Assembly (NCBI GenBank): GCA_025449905.1 | Contig: JANWIN010000006.1 | Coordinates: 1-47,576 of the forward strand | Length of the DNA stretch: 47,576 nt | Direction: 5' to 3' | Source of the DNA: Candidatus Saccharimonadales bacterium | Lineage (GTDB): Bacteria; Patescibacteriota; Saccharimonadia; Saccharimonadales; JANWIN01 | Part shown: piece by piece, positions 17,626 to 27,478 of the stretch | Layout: each line of letters starts with the position of its first letter | How positions within the stretch are numbered: position 1 is the first letter of the stretch | The notes under the pieces: model-generated | The model's input: the letters and a program-made list of their open reading frames with translations, nothing else | The model's database searches: none | Told to the model about the DNA's origin: nothing | Translations under genes and position numbers: made by a program

Positions 17626-18849
17626 ATGTTAGACATTCAGTTTATCCGGGACAATGCTGAGCTGGTCAAAGAAAAATCCAAGCAAAAGGGTATAGAAGTT
17701 GATATTGATAAGCTTCTCGAATTGGATGAAACACGTCGAAAATTAATTGGCGAAGTTGAAGACTTGCGGGCTAAACGCAACGAACTTTCTGGCGATAAAA
17801 AGCCCAGTGATGAACAAATAGCCAAAGGCAAAGAACTCAAAGAAAAAATTTCCAAACTTGAAGAAGAGCTAAAAAAAGCTGAACAATTCAGCGAAACCCT
17901 AAAAGATATACCCAATATCTTTCCTGACGATACGCCGCTTGGTGGAGAAGAAGCCAATAAAGTTGAAAAAAGTTGGGGTGAGCCGAGTAAAGACAAGACT
18001 ATAGGCCACCTGGAATGGGGTGAAAAGCAAGGCTTAATTGACTTTGAACGCGGTGCAAAAGTAGCAGGCAATAAATTTTATTATCTAAAGGGGCAGCTTG
18101 TTGAGATTGAACTAGCCTTGTTACAATTTGCCCTCGAGATTTCAAAAAAGCACAGCTTTACCCCAATGGCCGTTCCGCATTTAGTAAATACCAAGGTTAT
18201 GAGCGGAACAGGGTTTTTGCCTAGAGGTGAAGAAAAACAGATTTATAAAATAGAAGGCGAAGATTTAAATTTAATTGCCACATCGGAAATTTCAATTACT
18301 GGTTATCATGCCGATGAAATAATTAAAGGCTTGCCAATTTTATATGCCGGCATAAGCCCGGCATATAGGAGTGAAGCAGGAGCTTACGGCAAGCATAGTA
18401 AAGGCCTTTATCGAGTGCACCAATTTAATAAAGTTGAGCTTTATGTATTTTGTGAATCATCTGACAGTGAAAAATGGCATAAAAAATTATTAGAAATTGA
18501 GGAAGAAATTTGCCAGGCGCTTAAAATTCCTTACCAAGTCGTAAGAATTGCAGCAGGCGACCTGGGTGCACCAGCCTATAAGAAGTATGACATCGAATAT
18601 TGGAGCCCGGCTGAGCAGGCCTTCCGTGAGCTAATGAGCTGTTCTAACGTCACCGACTACCAGGCTAGGCGGTTAAATATTCGTTATAAAAATAAAGATG
18701 GGCTGAATGAACTAGTTCATACACTTAATGCCACGGCTACAGCTACGAGCCGAATGCTCATTGCATTAATCGAAAATTTTCAGTGTAAAAATGACGAACT
18801 GGAAGTCCCAGAAGTTCTAAAGCCTTATTTATCAAGAAATAATCAGTAA
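17626..18849 (+). CDS. serS: Seryl-tRNA synthetase
   Basis: Coiled-coil N-terminal arm and class II core motifs (YRSEAG, RVHQFNKVE, LNATATATSR). Confidence 0.95.
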   Translation: MLDIQFIRDNAELVKEKSKQKGIEVDIDKLLELDETRRKLIGEVEDLRAKRNELSGDKKPSDEQIAKGKELKEKISKLEEELKKAEQFSETLKDIPNIFPDDTPLGGEEANKVEKSWGEPSKDKTIGHLEWGEKQGLIDFERGAKVAGNKFYYLKGQLVEIELALLQFALEISKKHSFTPMAVPHLVNTKVMSGTGFLPRGEEKQIYKIEGEDLNLIATSEISITGYHADEIIKGLPILYAGISPAYRSEAGAYGKHSKGLYRVHQFNKVELYVFCESSDSEKWHKKLLEIEEEICQALKIPYQVVRIAAGDLGAPAYKKYDIEYWSPAEQAFRELMSCSNVTDYQARRLNIRYKNKDGLNELVHTLNATATATSRMLIALIENFQCKNDELEVPEVLKPYLSRNNQ

Positions 18850-18908
18850 GACAGGTTAAAATAGGGTACAATAGCCAGTAGATTCTTGAGAGGAAGTCTT
18901 ATTATTTA

Positions 18909-21515
18909 ATGAAAAAAATCTTTAGAAGAGCTTTGGGCGACCCACAACTTAAGGCGCTAAAACGCCTGCAGAGCAGGGTGAAAGATATCAATGCTCATGC
19001 CGACAAGTACAAAAAACTGTCTGACAAAGCGCTTAAAGCTAAGACCGAAGAATTTAAAAAACGTCTAGAAAAAGAAACACTTGATCAACTTTTGCCCGAA
19101 GCTTTTGCGGCGGTACGCGAGGCTGCCACCAGAACGCTTGGCCAACGACATTTTGACGTTCAGCTAATTGGCGGTATGGCTTTGCATGAGGGTAATGTTG
19201 CTGAAATGAAAACAGGCGAAGGCAAAACTCTGGTGGCTACGCTGCCCGTTTATTTAAATGCCCTAACTGGCAAGGGCGCCCACGTGGTAACTGTAAATGA
19301 TTATCTAGCCCAGCGTGATGCTGGCTGGATGGGTCAAATCTATGGTTTTTTGGGCCTAAAAACAGGTGTGATTATTGCTGAAGAATCTTATATATTCGAC
19401 CCAAGTTTTACCAACAAAGATCATGATGATGAACGCTTTCGCCATCTAAAACCAGCCACTCGCCAGGAAGCTTATGCGGCTGATGTAACTTACGGCACCA
19501 ATAACGAATTCGGCTTTGACTACCTTCGCGATAACATGGTCCGCGAAGTTGACCAGCTACGACAGCGCGAACTGCACTACGCCATAGTTGACGAAGTAGA
19601 TTCAATTTTAATTGACGAAGCCAGGACACCGTTGATTATATCGGCACCAGCAGTGACCAGCGGTAATGCTTACGCTCAATTTGCTAAAGTCGTTCGGCCG
19701 CTAGAAGACGAAAAACATTATGAAAAAGATGAAAAGCGCAAATCGGTTGTTTTAACTGACGAAGGTGTGGAATATATCCAAAATAGTCTAAATATTGATA
19801 ACTTATATTCCAGCGACAATATCCGCACGATTTATCACTTAGAACAAGCACTGCGGGCCCAAACGCTTTTCCACCGCGACAAAGATTATGTAGTGACAGC
19901 TGATGGCGAGGTGGTTATCGTTGATGAGTTCACGGGGCGCTTGCTAAAAGGTCGCCGCTACAACGAAGGCTTACACCAAGCCATTGAAGCTAAAGAAGGT
20001 GTTGAAGTTCAGGAAGAATCCATGACCCTGGCGACCATTAGTTTTCAGAACTACTTCCGCTTGTATGAAAAATTAGCCGGTATGACCGGCACGGCCAAAA
20101 CCGAGAGCGAAGAATTCCATATGATTTATAAACTAGATGTTATTGAAGTACCCTCAAATAAACCAATAGTGCGTGAAGACAAATCAGACCGCATTTACAA
20201 AACTGAAGCTGCTAAATTTAGAGCGGTGATTAGCGAAGTCAAAAAATTGCATCAGCGTGGTCAGCCAGTCTTGATTGGTTCAGCATCAATTGAAAAGAAT
20301 GAAATTTTAGGCCAACTGCTGGCAAAGTCCGGCGTACCGCATAATATTTTAAACGCTAAAAATAACGAACGTGAAGCAGCGATAGTCGCTAAAGCCGGCC
20401 AGAAGGGTAGTGTTACACTGGCCACCAACATTGCCGGTCGTGGTACTGACATTGTACTCGGCGACGGCGTGCGCGAGCTTGGTGGGCTGTTTGTTTTGGG
20501 TAGTGAACGACATGAAGCTAGGCGAATTGATAATCAGCTGCGCGGCCGTACCGGACGACAGGGCGACCCGGGCATGACCCAATTCTTTGTCAGTACTGAG
20601 GATGATTTGATGCGCATTTTTGGCGGTGAACGGATTGCGGCGATTATGGATCGCCTAAAGGTTGAGGAAGACGTACCGATTGAAAATCGCATAATTTCGC
20701 GTAGTCTAGAAGCGGCTCAGAAAAAAGTTGAAGGTTTTAACTTTGACCAACGGAAAAATGTTGTTGAATACGACGACGTAATGAACCGCCATCGCCGAGC
20801 AACTTATAGCATGCGACGCGAGGTTTTGAATCAAAATGACATTTCCAAACGTATCAGAGACCTAATAAACGAAGAAGCCGAAGCTTTAGGTAAGTCGCCA
20901 AACTTAACCAGCGATGAATTTGAAGCCGAAATAAGTGAAGTTTTTCCATTTGACGAAGCCGCGCTGGACCGTTTATTTAGCGGCGACACCAATACTTTTG
21001 CTAAGCAACTGAAAACGGAAGCGAATGAGTTATACGATAGCCGCCGAACGGCTTTTGGCAGCGAAATTATGCAAAAAGTTGAGCGCGATATTTATCTGCA
21101 GGTGCTAGATAATTTGTGGATGCAGCACCTAGAAAATATGGATCACCTGCGCGAAGGTATCCATTGGATTAGCGTTGGTCAGCGTGACCCGCTAGTTGAA
21201 TATCGCCGCCAGGGACAGATTTTGTTTGATGATATGCAGGGTAGTTTGCGCCACGATATTGTCCGCGCGCTGTTCCATGCCGAACCGGTGTCTGAATCTG
21301 AACTAGAAGCACCAATTGAAACCGAACTAACCCGGGCGGCTCGCCAATCGGTTGACAATGCCGATCGCATTGTCGAAGCTGAAGAATTCGCAGAAACTGA
21401 CTTTAGCGGCCTAGATGCTCCTAAAGCGACCAAGAAAAAACAAAGCACTGATACGCGCAAAAAACAACGAAAGCAAGAGCGCCAGCGTAAAAAGAAAGGC
21501 AAAAAAAGAAGATAA
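18909..21515 (+). CDS. secA: Preprotein translocase ATPase SecA, with a basic C-terminal tail and no Zn-finger
   Basis: MKTGEGKTLVATLP Walker A, DEVDSILIDEARTPLIIS, and TNIAGRGTDI. The tail is K/R-rich and contains no Cys. Confidence 0.97.
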   Translation: MKKIFRRALGDPQLKALKRLQSRVKDINAHADKYKKLSDKALKAKTEEFKKRLEKETLDQLLPEAFAAVREAATRTLGQRHFDVQLIGGMALHEGNVAEMKTGEGKTLVATLPVYLNALTGKGAHVVTVNDYLAQRDAGWMGQIYGFLGLKTGVIIAEESYIFDPSFTNKDHDDERFRHLKPATRQEAYAADVTYGTNNEFGFDYLRDNMVREVDQLRQRELHYAIVDEVDSILIDEARTPLIISAPAVTSGNAYAQFAKVVRPLEDEKHYEKDEKRKSVVLTDEGVEYIQNSLNIDNLYSSDNIRTIYHLEQALRAQTLFHRDKDYVVTADGEVVIVDEFTGRLLKGRRYNEGLHQAIEAKEGVEVQEESMTLATISFQNYFRLYEKLAGMTGTAKTESEEFHMIYKLDVIEVPSNKPIVREDKSDRIYKTEAAKFRAVISEVKKLHQRGQPVLIGSASIEKNEILGQLLAKSGVPHNILNAKNNEREAAIVAKAGQKGSVTLATNIAGRGTDIVLGDGVRELGGLFVLGSERHEARRIDNQLRGRTGRQGDPGMTQFFVSTEDDLMRIFGGERIAAIMDRLKVEEDVPIENRIISRSLEAAQKKVEGFNFDQRKNVVEYDDVMNRHRRATYSMRREVLNQNDISKRIRDLINEEAEALGKSPNLTSDEFEAEISEVFPFDEAALDRLFSGDTNTFAKQLKTEANELYDSRRTAFGSEIMQKVERDIYLQVLDNLWMQHLENMDHLREGIHWISVGQRDPLVEYRRQGQILFDDMQGSLRHDIVRALFHAEPVSESELEAPIETELTRAARQSVDNADRIVEAEEFAETDFSGLDAPKATKKKQSTDTRKKQRKQERQRKKKGKKRR

Positions 21516-21527
21516 CCCAAAGCCGTT

Positions 21528-22835
21528 ATGAAACATACCGTTTACGAAGTGAAATTAAACAACGGTGGGCAAGGGCTGTTGATTAATGTTGCCGACGCCA
21601 GTGTCATGACCATGGAGCTTAACTTCCGAGCCGGAGAATATTTAGTCAGCCGTTCGAAATGGGAGACGCCTCATTTAATGGAGCACTTGCTGTTGGGTGC
21701 CAATAAAGCTTACCCCAAAGCTCGAGCTTTTCAGGCAGAGTTTGAAAAAAACGGCGCCTATTCAAACGCCTCGACTGGCACCTACGACATTACTTATGAG
21801 GCGGAGTGTGCTGATTTTGAGTGGGATCGGATTATTAAATTAATGATTGAAGGCATCAGCCACCCGCTGTTTTTGGAGGATGAATTTCAGGCCGAGGCTG
21901 GCAACGTTCGTGAAGAGCTGACTGCTCGTTCTAATAACCATTTTCGACACTTGAGTCTGGCGCTGCGCGAGCAATATGGATTTTATGTCATGACCGACCA
22001 AGAACGCTTAAAAGAAATGGTTAACGTTACGACCGCTGATGTCAAAAAACATTATAAAAGTACCCATTCAACATCTAATTTGCGTTTTGTAATTGCTGGT
22101 AGCTTACCGGTTGAAAGACGGCGTGTAATCAAGCGGCTTTTAAATAATCTAGAGCTGCCGGCCGGCAATGGGCGGATTGAGTTGCCACCAGAAAAGCCAA
22201 TAAAACTCGACAAACCTTTATACATTCATAATCCAACGGTCGATAACCTCTATTTTTATATAGACACATTTTTAAAACGTCGGTTACGTGATCCAGAGGT
22301 TGATGCGCTAGGACTGATTAATACCATGCTAACCGAGACACTTTACTCGCGTATTTTAGGCAAAGCCCGTGAGCGCGGGCTGGTTTATCACGTCGGTTCA
22401 GGATTTGGTCAAGCCAGCACCAGTTCCAATTGGTGGTTTGGCGCCCAAGTCATGCCTAAAAATGCCAATGCTTTATTTAATATTATCATCCGCGAACTCA
22501 GAGCGGTCTTTAACGGCAAACTCAAAGAAGAGGATGTGGTTGATGCCAAACAATATGCACTGGGCCGCTACCAACGCAGTGGCCAAACCGTTCATGGAAC
22601 AGCTACCGGCTACAGCTTTCGCTACTTTTTTGATGATGAAGTTGAGGATTATTATAAAATGCCCGAGCGTATCAAAGCCGTTACCCGCAACCGTATCACT
22701 TCGGTCTCGCAAGAAATGTTTACTGATGATGTTTGGGGATTTGGTGCACTTGGCCAAGCCAAAGAACGCCAACTAAACCAGCTGCATGACAAGCTGGAAT
22801 ATTTGTGGACGAATAAACCGCAAAAACTGGACTAA
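21528..22835 (+). CDS. M16 (pitrilysin/insulinase) family zinc peptidase
   Basis: Inverted zinc motif HLMEH (HxxEH) near the N-terminus. The length and two-domain layout are typical of M16. Confidence 0.85.
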   Translation: MKHTVYEVKLNNGGQGLLINVADASVMTMELNFRAGEYLVSRSKWETPHLMEHLLLGANKAYPKARAFQAEFEKNGAYSNASTGTYDITYEAECADFEWDRIIKLMIEGISHPLFLEDEFQAEAGNVREELTARSNNHFRHLSLALREQYGFYVMTDQERLKEMVNVTTADVKKHYKSTHSTSNLRFVIAGSLPVERRRVIKRLLNNLELPAGNGRIELPPEKPIKLDKPLYIHNPTVDNLYFYIDTFLKRRLRDPEVDALGLINTMLTETLYSRILGKARERGLVYHVGSGFGQASTSSNWWFGAQVMPKNANALFNIIIRELRAVFNGKLKEEDVVDAKQYALGRYQRSGQTVHGTATGYSFRYFFDDEVEDYYKMPERIKAVTRNRITSVSQEMFTDDVWGFGALGQAKERQLNQLHDKLEYLWTNKPQKLD

Positions 22836-22895
22836 CAGTTGTTAATTATTAACAGAAGCGCTATAGTAGCAGTTATTAAAAGGGAAAATTAACTC

Positions 22896-23330
22896 ATGGA
22901 TCCAAATTCACCATTCAATACAAACCCTAATCCTAATGCTGATGTGGCAGCTCCGCCAGCCCCGCCCCAGCCAGTGGCACCGCCAGCACCTGAACCGGGC
23001 ATTGCACCGCCACCAGGCGGACCGGCACCACTTGACCCAACTCCGCCACCACCACCAGCGCCCGGACCAACACCCGAAACACCTCCTGGACCACCAGCCG
23101 GAATAGATCCGCTTGGTGCTCCAGCACCTCAGCCACCCGCACCAGACCCAACGGCCTTAGGTCCAGTGCCTGGACCAGCTCCGGCAGATGGAGCTGGTGG
23201 GCCAGTTCTACCGTCTTCACCAGCCGCTAACCTGGCTGCAGGAGAGCATAAGAACAAGAACCTCAAGCTATTTGCAATGATCGGCGGCGGCCTACTAGTA
23301 CTTATTTTGTTCGTTGTTGTAGTGCTCTGA
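22896..23330 (+). CDS. Proline-rich low-complexity protein with a single C-terminal TM anchor
   Basis: About 115 aa of P/A/G-rich sequence, then LKLFAMIGGGLLVLILFVVVVL at the extreme C-terminus. No N-terminal signal peptide. The DNA is locally GC-rich. Confidence 0.55.
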   Translation: MDPNSPFNTNPNPNADVAAPPAPPQPVAPPAPEPGIAPPPGGPAPLDPTPPPPPAPGPTPETPPGPPAGIDPLGAPAPQPPAPDPTALGPVPGPAPADGAGGPVLPSSPAANLAAGEHKNKNLKLFAMIGGGLLVLILFVVVVL

Positions 23331-23449
23331 TTCGATACGCCATTTCAAACTGATAATTTGATTGATTAAGTTGAATTATATGCCGAAACCGAGCGAACTA
23401 TCATATAAAAAATTAGTAAGCACAGCGTGGGGCAATATATAATCGGCTT

Positions 23450-24529
23450 ATGCAAGATATAGTTAAAAAAGCCGAGGCCTTAGCTAATAGTGTTAAAACT
23501 AGCCTAAAAAAGCTTGATATTGACGAGTCGGAAAAGCAATTATCAGAGCTAGATAAACAAATCTCGGCAGCTGATTTTTGGTCTAACCCATCCAAAGCCC
23601 AAGCGGTAACCAAAAAACAAGCGGGTTTAGTGCGCCAAATAGAGCCGTGGCGGCGTCTTGAGACAGAGCTCAAGGACGTACAGGAGCTGCTGCAGACCGG
23701 TGATCAAACTCTATCCAGCGATTTGGAAAAACAATTGAGTGACCTAGAAAAGACTTACGAGGACTTAAAGAATGGCCTAAAACTACAGGGTCCGTATGAT
23801 AATAATGATGCAATTGTCAGCATTTATGCTGGGGCTGGCGGTGTCGATGCTCAGGACTGGGCAGGCATGTTGGTCAGGATGTATACCCGCTGGGCAGAAA
23901 AACGCGGCTTTAAAACAAAAATATTGAACGAGTCGGCTGGTGAAGAGGCGGGCATTAAAAGTACAGATTTGAGCATTGACGGCGAGGCTGTATATGGTCT
24001 GCTAAAAGGCGAACAAGGTGTGCATCGGCTGGTACGACTAAGCCCGTTTAATGCCGATAATTTACGCCAAACCAGCTTCGCCAAAGTTGAGGTTTTACCA
24101 AAGATTGACCAGCCAGAGGACCTAGAGCTTGGTGACAAAGAGCTAAAAATTGATGTCTATCGCTCCGGCGGTCATGGCGGCCAAAGTGTTAATACTACCG
24201 ATTCAGCCGTACGGGTTACGCATATACCAACAGGTGTCTCTGTGGCCATTCAAAACGAGCGTAGTCAACTTCAGAACAAAGAAATGGCTATGACGCTGCT
24301 GCGTTCTAAATTAGCAGCCCTGAAACTGGAGCAGCACCTAGACAAACTATCAGAACTAAAGGGTCCCACCCAATCTGCTGAATGGGGCAATCAAATCCGC
24401 TCTTATGTCCTGCATCCCTATAAGCAAGTTAAAGACTTGCGTAGTGGTTTTATCAGCAAAGACCCCAACAAAGTTTTGGACGGCGACCTGGACAGTTTTA
24501 TTGAGGCTTATTTGAATTACGGGTCTTAA
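23450..24529 (+). CDS. prfB: Peptide chain release factor 2, encoded without the programmed +1 frameshift
   Basis: SPF motif (RLSPFNA) and GGQ motif (SGGHGGQSVNTTDSAVRVTHIPTG). A single uninterrupted ORF runs from the ATG at 23450. TATAAT at 23438-23443 lies 6 nt upstream. Confidence 0.95.
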   Translation: MQDIVKKAEALANSVKTSLKKLDIDESEKQLSELDKQISAADFWSNPSKAQAVTKKQAGLVRQIEPWRRLETELKDVQELLQTGDQTLSSDLEKQLSDLEKTYEDLKNGLKLQGPYDNNDAIVSIYAGAGGVDAQDWAGMLVRMYTRWAEKRGFKTKILNESAGEEAGIKSTDLSIDGEAVYGLLKGEQGVHRLVRLSPFNADNLRQTSFAKVEVLPKIDQPEDLELGDKELKIDVYRSGGHGGQSVNTTDSAVRVTHIPTGVSVAIQNERSQLQNKEMAMTLLRSKLAALKLEQHLDKLSELKGPTQSAEWGNQIRSYVLHPYKQVKDLRSGFISKDPNKVLDGDLDSFIEAYLNYGS

Positions 24530-24556
24530 GCTAAGCGTTTTGTTATAATATTGCTA

Positions 24557-25243
24557 ATGATTCTGCTTGACAGGGTAACTAAACAGTACGGCCGCGTCGG
24601 TACACCAGCACTTGATCGGGTCTCCTTACATATTGAGCCAAAAGAATTTGTCATAATTATTGGTGCCAGCGGTGCTGGTAAGTCAACGCTGCTCAAGCTA
24701 TTAACCCGCGAAGAAAAGCCAACCGGCGGCAAAATCATTGTCGGCGGTATTGATTACGAGCAGCTAAAAGATAGAGATATACCGCTGCTGAGGCGAAAAA
24801 TCGGTGTGGTTTTTCAGGATTTTAAACTGCTACCTAATAAGAATGTTTTTGAAAATGTCTCTTTTGCCCTAGAGATTGTCGGAACGAGTAAAAGTGAAAT
24901 CGAGCATACTATACCGAAGGTGCTAGATATCGTCGGCTTAAAAGGCAAGGAAAAGAGTATGCCATCAGAATTATCCGGGGGTGAGCGCCAGCGGGTAGCA
25001 ATTGCCCGGGCGGTGGTAAGGCAGCCAAAAATCTTAATGGCCGACGAACCGACCGGTAACCTTGACCCTAAGAATGCCTGGGATGTAATAAGGGTTCTGG
25101 AAAAGATTAATCGCTACGGCACCACTGTTATGCTGACTACTCACAACCAGGAAATTGTTAATAAACTAAAACGCCGAGTTATAACTATAAAAGACGGCAA
25201 AGTTGTTAGCGACCGAGCTAATGCGGAATATAAGGTAGCATGA
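24557..25243 (+). CDS. ftsE: Cell-division ABC ATPase FtsE
   Basis: Walker A GASGAGKST, signature LSGGERQR, Walker B ILMADEPT. ATG at 24557 is preferred to the TTG at 24551 because TGtTATAAT (24541-24549) lies 7 nt upstream. Confidence 0.92.
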   Translation: MILLDRVTKQYGRVGTPALDRVSLHIEPKEFVIIIGASGAGKSTLLKLLTREEKPTGGKIIVGGIDYEQLKDRDIPLLRRKIGVVFQDFKLLPNKNVFENVSFALEIVGTSKSEIEHTIPKVLDIVGLKGKEKSMPSELSGGERQRVAIARAVVRQPKILMADEPTGNLDPKNAWDVIRVLEKINRYGTTVMLTTHNQEIVNKLKRRVITIKDGKVVSDRANAEYKVA

Positions 25244-26202
25244 GTAAAGATCACGAATTAGAGCGCAAATGGATAACCCTTACTCGTATATTTAAAACGG
25301 GCTGTATAAATTTTGTGCGCAATGCTTCATTGAGTATTGCAGCTATGGCCGTAATGCTGATAACACTGACCATCATTTTGTTTTCCTTAATCGCCAACGC
25401 CACTTTTTCCAATACGATTAAGCAAATAACTGATCGAATTGACGTCTCGGTTTATCTTAAAGACGACATTACACCAGAGCAACGCGACAAACTCATAGCC
25501 GATCTTAAAAATATAGACAATGTTAAATCAGTCAACTACGTATCTAAAGACCAGGCTCTAGAAAATTACCGCAAACAAAATGCCAACAATTCTGATCTGT
25601 TAGTGGCCATTTCGCAAACCGACAATCCACTGCCGGCTAGCCTTAGTATCAAGCCCAATAATCCAAATAATATAAACGATATAAAGGTCTTCTTAGAAGG
25701 CACCGATATCCAGGCTTTGCAGTCTGACCCGACGTCTTATTCCGGCGATAGAAAAGATGCAATTGATAAGATTACCCATGCTACCAGTTTTTTCCGAACA
25801 GCCGGGGCAATTGGGGTGGTAGTCTTTGCCATTATTTCGATGCTTATTATATTTAACACCATTAGAATGGCCATCTTTAATCGACGCAGCGAGTTGCAAA
25901 TAATGCGCCTACTTGGCGCCAGTACAAATTACATACGGGGGCCGTTTATAGTCGAGACCATGCTTTACGGCATAATTTCAGCGACCGTATCTGTTATTCT
26001 GCTAAACGCTTTATTTGCTGCGGCGTCGTCAACGTTGCAGGCTAGTAGCTTGGGGCTACTGGATATTGACTATTCTTATAAGTATTTTTCAGATCACTTT
26101 TGGGTATTTTTGACAGGCCAAATTGCGATTGGTATAGTGATTGGTACCGTCTCTTCATTGATTGCGACCCGACGGTATCTAAAATTCAAGTCACCGAAAT
26201 AA
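25240..26202 (+). CDS. ftsX: Cell-division permease-like protein FtsX
   Basis: One TM helix, an extracytoplasmic domain, then three C-terminal TM helices. ATGA overlap with ftsE. Confidence 0.88.
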   Translation: MSKDHELERKWITLTRIFKTGCINFVRNASLSIAAMAVMLITLTIILFSLIANATFSNTIKQITDRIDVSVYLKDDITPEQRDKLIADLKNIDNVKSVNYVSKDQALENYRKQNANNSDLLVAISQTDNPLPASLSIKPNNPNNINDIKVFLEGTDIQALQSDPTSYSGDRKDAIDKITHATSFFRTAGAIGVVVFAIISMLIIFNTIRMAIFNRRSELQIMRLLGASTNYIRGPFIVETMLYGIISATVSVILLNALFAAASSTLQASSLGLLDIDYSYKYFSDHFWVFLTGQIAIGIVIGTVSSLIATRRYLKFKSPK

Positions 26203-26301
26203 AGTTTTCTAAATAATAAGGGAGAGCTCAAAAACGAGTGGTATTTAAGACCCCAAAATTTAGCTTAAGCAGTATTGAAATGAAGGAAGGATTGTGTTAA
26301 T

Positions 26302-27459
26302 ATGAGAATGGCTATGCCAAAACAAAAACCAAAAACAACAGTGTTTTCTTATATTGCACGCCTGCCGTTGTTGCTTTTAGCGGTGGTTTTTATTTTGGCC
26401 AATGGCGGCGCACAGTTAGTTCAGGCTGACAGATTTGACGAAAAAATCAATGCCATTAATCAGGAAACGGCTGTTAAGGCTGCCAAAAATGCCCAACTAG
26501 GAGCCGAGGCTTCAAGTTTGAGCAACAAGATAAACAAGCTACAAGTTGAGATTAATGCCTTGCGAGATCAAATTAATCAATACATCCATGACATTAAGAA
26601 ATTACGCGTCCAGATTAAAGAACAAGAGGAAGAGTTAGAGCGCCAGAAAGATATTTTAGGCCAAAATATTCGAGCTATGTATCTGGAGGGTGACATCTCT
26701 ACGCTTGAAATATTGGCTTCCAGCCATGACTTGAGCGAATATGTCGACAAAGAGCAGTATCGTAATTCTGTTCAAGACAAAATTACTACTACTATGGATA
26801 AAATCATCGAGCTTAAACATCAGCTTAAGGCTAAAGCTGATGAAATTAAGGATAAACTAGACGATAAACAGGTAGTAGAAGAGCGCTTAGCCAGCCAGCA
26901 AGCCGAGAACAATCAATTACTGCACCTAAACAAAAATCAACAAGCTAATATCAATGCCCAAATAATGGAGAATAATGCTGAAGTTGCCCAGCTAAGATCA
27001 CAACAGGCCGCTGAAAACGCTGCCTTGTTTGGCGGGTCAAACGTAGTTTTAGGCAAGGCCTGCGACACCTCTAACGGCGACACCTATCCTCGACCTTGGT
27101 GTTCGGCTGCCCAAGATAGCATGGTTGACTCATGGGGCATGTATAACCGTGAATGCGTAAGCTATACAGCATGGAAAGTTGCCTCAACTGGCCGCCACAT
27201 GCCTTACTGGGGCGGACGCGGCAATGCTAATGAATGGGACGATAATGCCCGTGCTGCCGGTATTCCAGTTGGTGGTACGCCGCGAGCAGGTGATGTAGCA
27301 ATTAGTAATAACGGTTACTACGGACACGCTATGTACGTTGAATCAGTTAATTCTAACGGCACAATAAATATCAGCCAGTATAACTCGCAATTAACCGGTC
27401 GTTTCTCACGCGTCTACAATATGAACAAGGGTAGCTTGGTATTTATACATTTCCGCTAA
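26302..27459 (+). CDS. Secreted coiled-coil plus CHAP-domain peptidoglycan hydrolase (PcsB-like architecture)
   Basis: Signal/anchor sequence, about 200 aa of heptad-rich coiled coil, and a C-terminal CHAP-like domain with candidate Cys (NRECVSYTAWKV) and His (GHAMYVESV). Confidence 0.8.
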   Translation: MRMAMPKQKPKTTVFSYIARLPLLLLAVVFILANGGAQLVQADRFDEKINAINQETAVKAAKNAQLGAEASSLSNKINKLQVEINALRDQINQYIHDIKKLRVQIKEQEEELERQKDILGQNIRAMYLEGDISTLEILASSHDLSEYVDKEQYRNSVQDKITTTMDKIIELKHQLKAKADEIKDKLDDKQVVEERLASQQAENNQLLHLNKNQQANINAQIMENNAEVAQLRSQQAAENAALFGGSNVVLGKACDTSNGDTYPRPWCSAAQDSMVDSWGMYNRECVSYTAWKVASTGRHMPYWGGRGNANEWDDNARAAGIPVGGTPRAGDVAISNNGYYGHAMYVESVNSNGTINISQYNSQLTGRFSRVYNMNKGSLVFIHFR

Positions 27460-27478
27460 GCTTTAGTACAATTAACTA

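Noticed and set aside
17637-18071. A 144-aa minus-strand ORF, rich in Ser and Leu, antisense to serS.
   Set aside because: It is a shadow ORF opposite the Lys/Glu-rich coiled-coil codons of serS, with low-complexity composition and no start context.
21179-21520. A 113-aa minus-strand ORF opposite the SecA C-terminus. Further internal or antisense ORFs lie within secA (19408-19629, 20261-20582) and the M16 gene (22369-22776 +, 22473-22772 -).
   Set aside because: All are nested in alternative frames of strongly supported genes and have no independent signals.
22933-23220. A 95-aa minus-strand ORF opposite the proline-rich gene.
   Set aside because: It is a consequence of the CCN/GGN repeat composition. 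The + strand frame has a start context and a terminal TM helix, and the antisense frame does not.
23450-23560. I looked for the programmed +1 frameshift site (CUU UGA C) in prfB.
   Set aside because: A single ORF covers the whole RF2 protein from an ATG with its own -10 box. There is no in-frame TGA in the N-terminal region.
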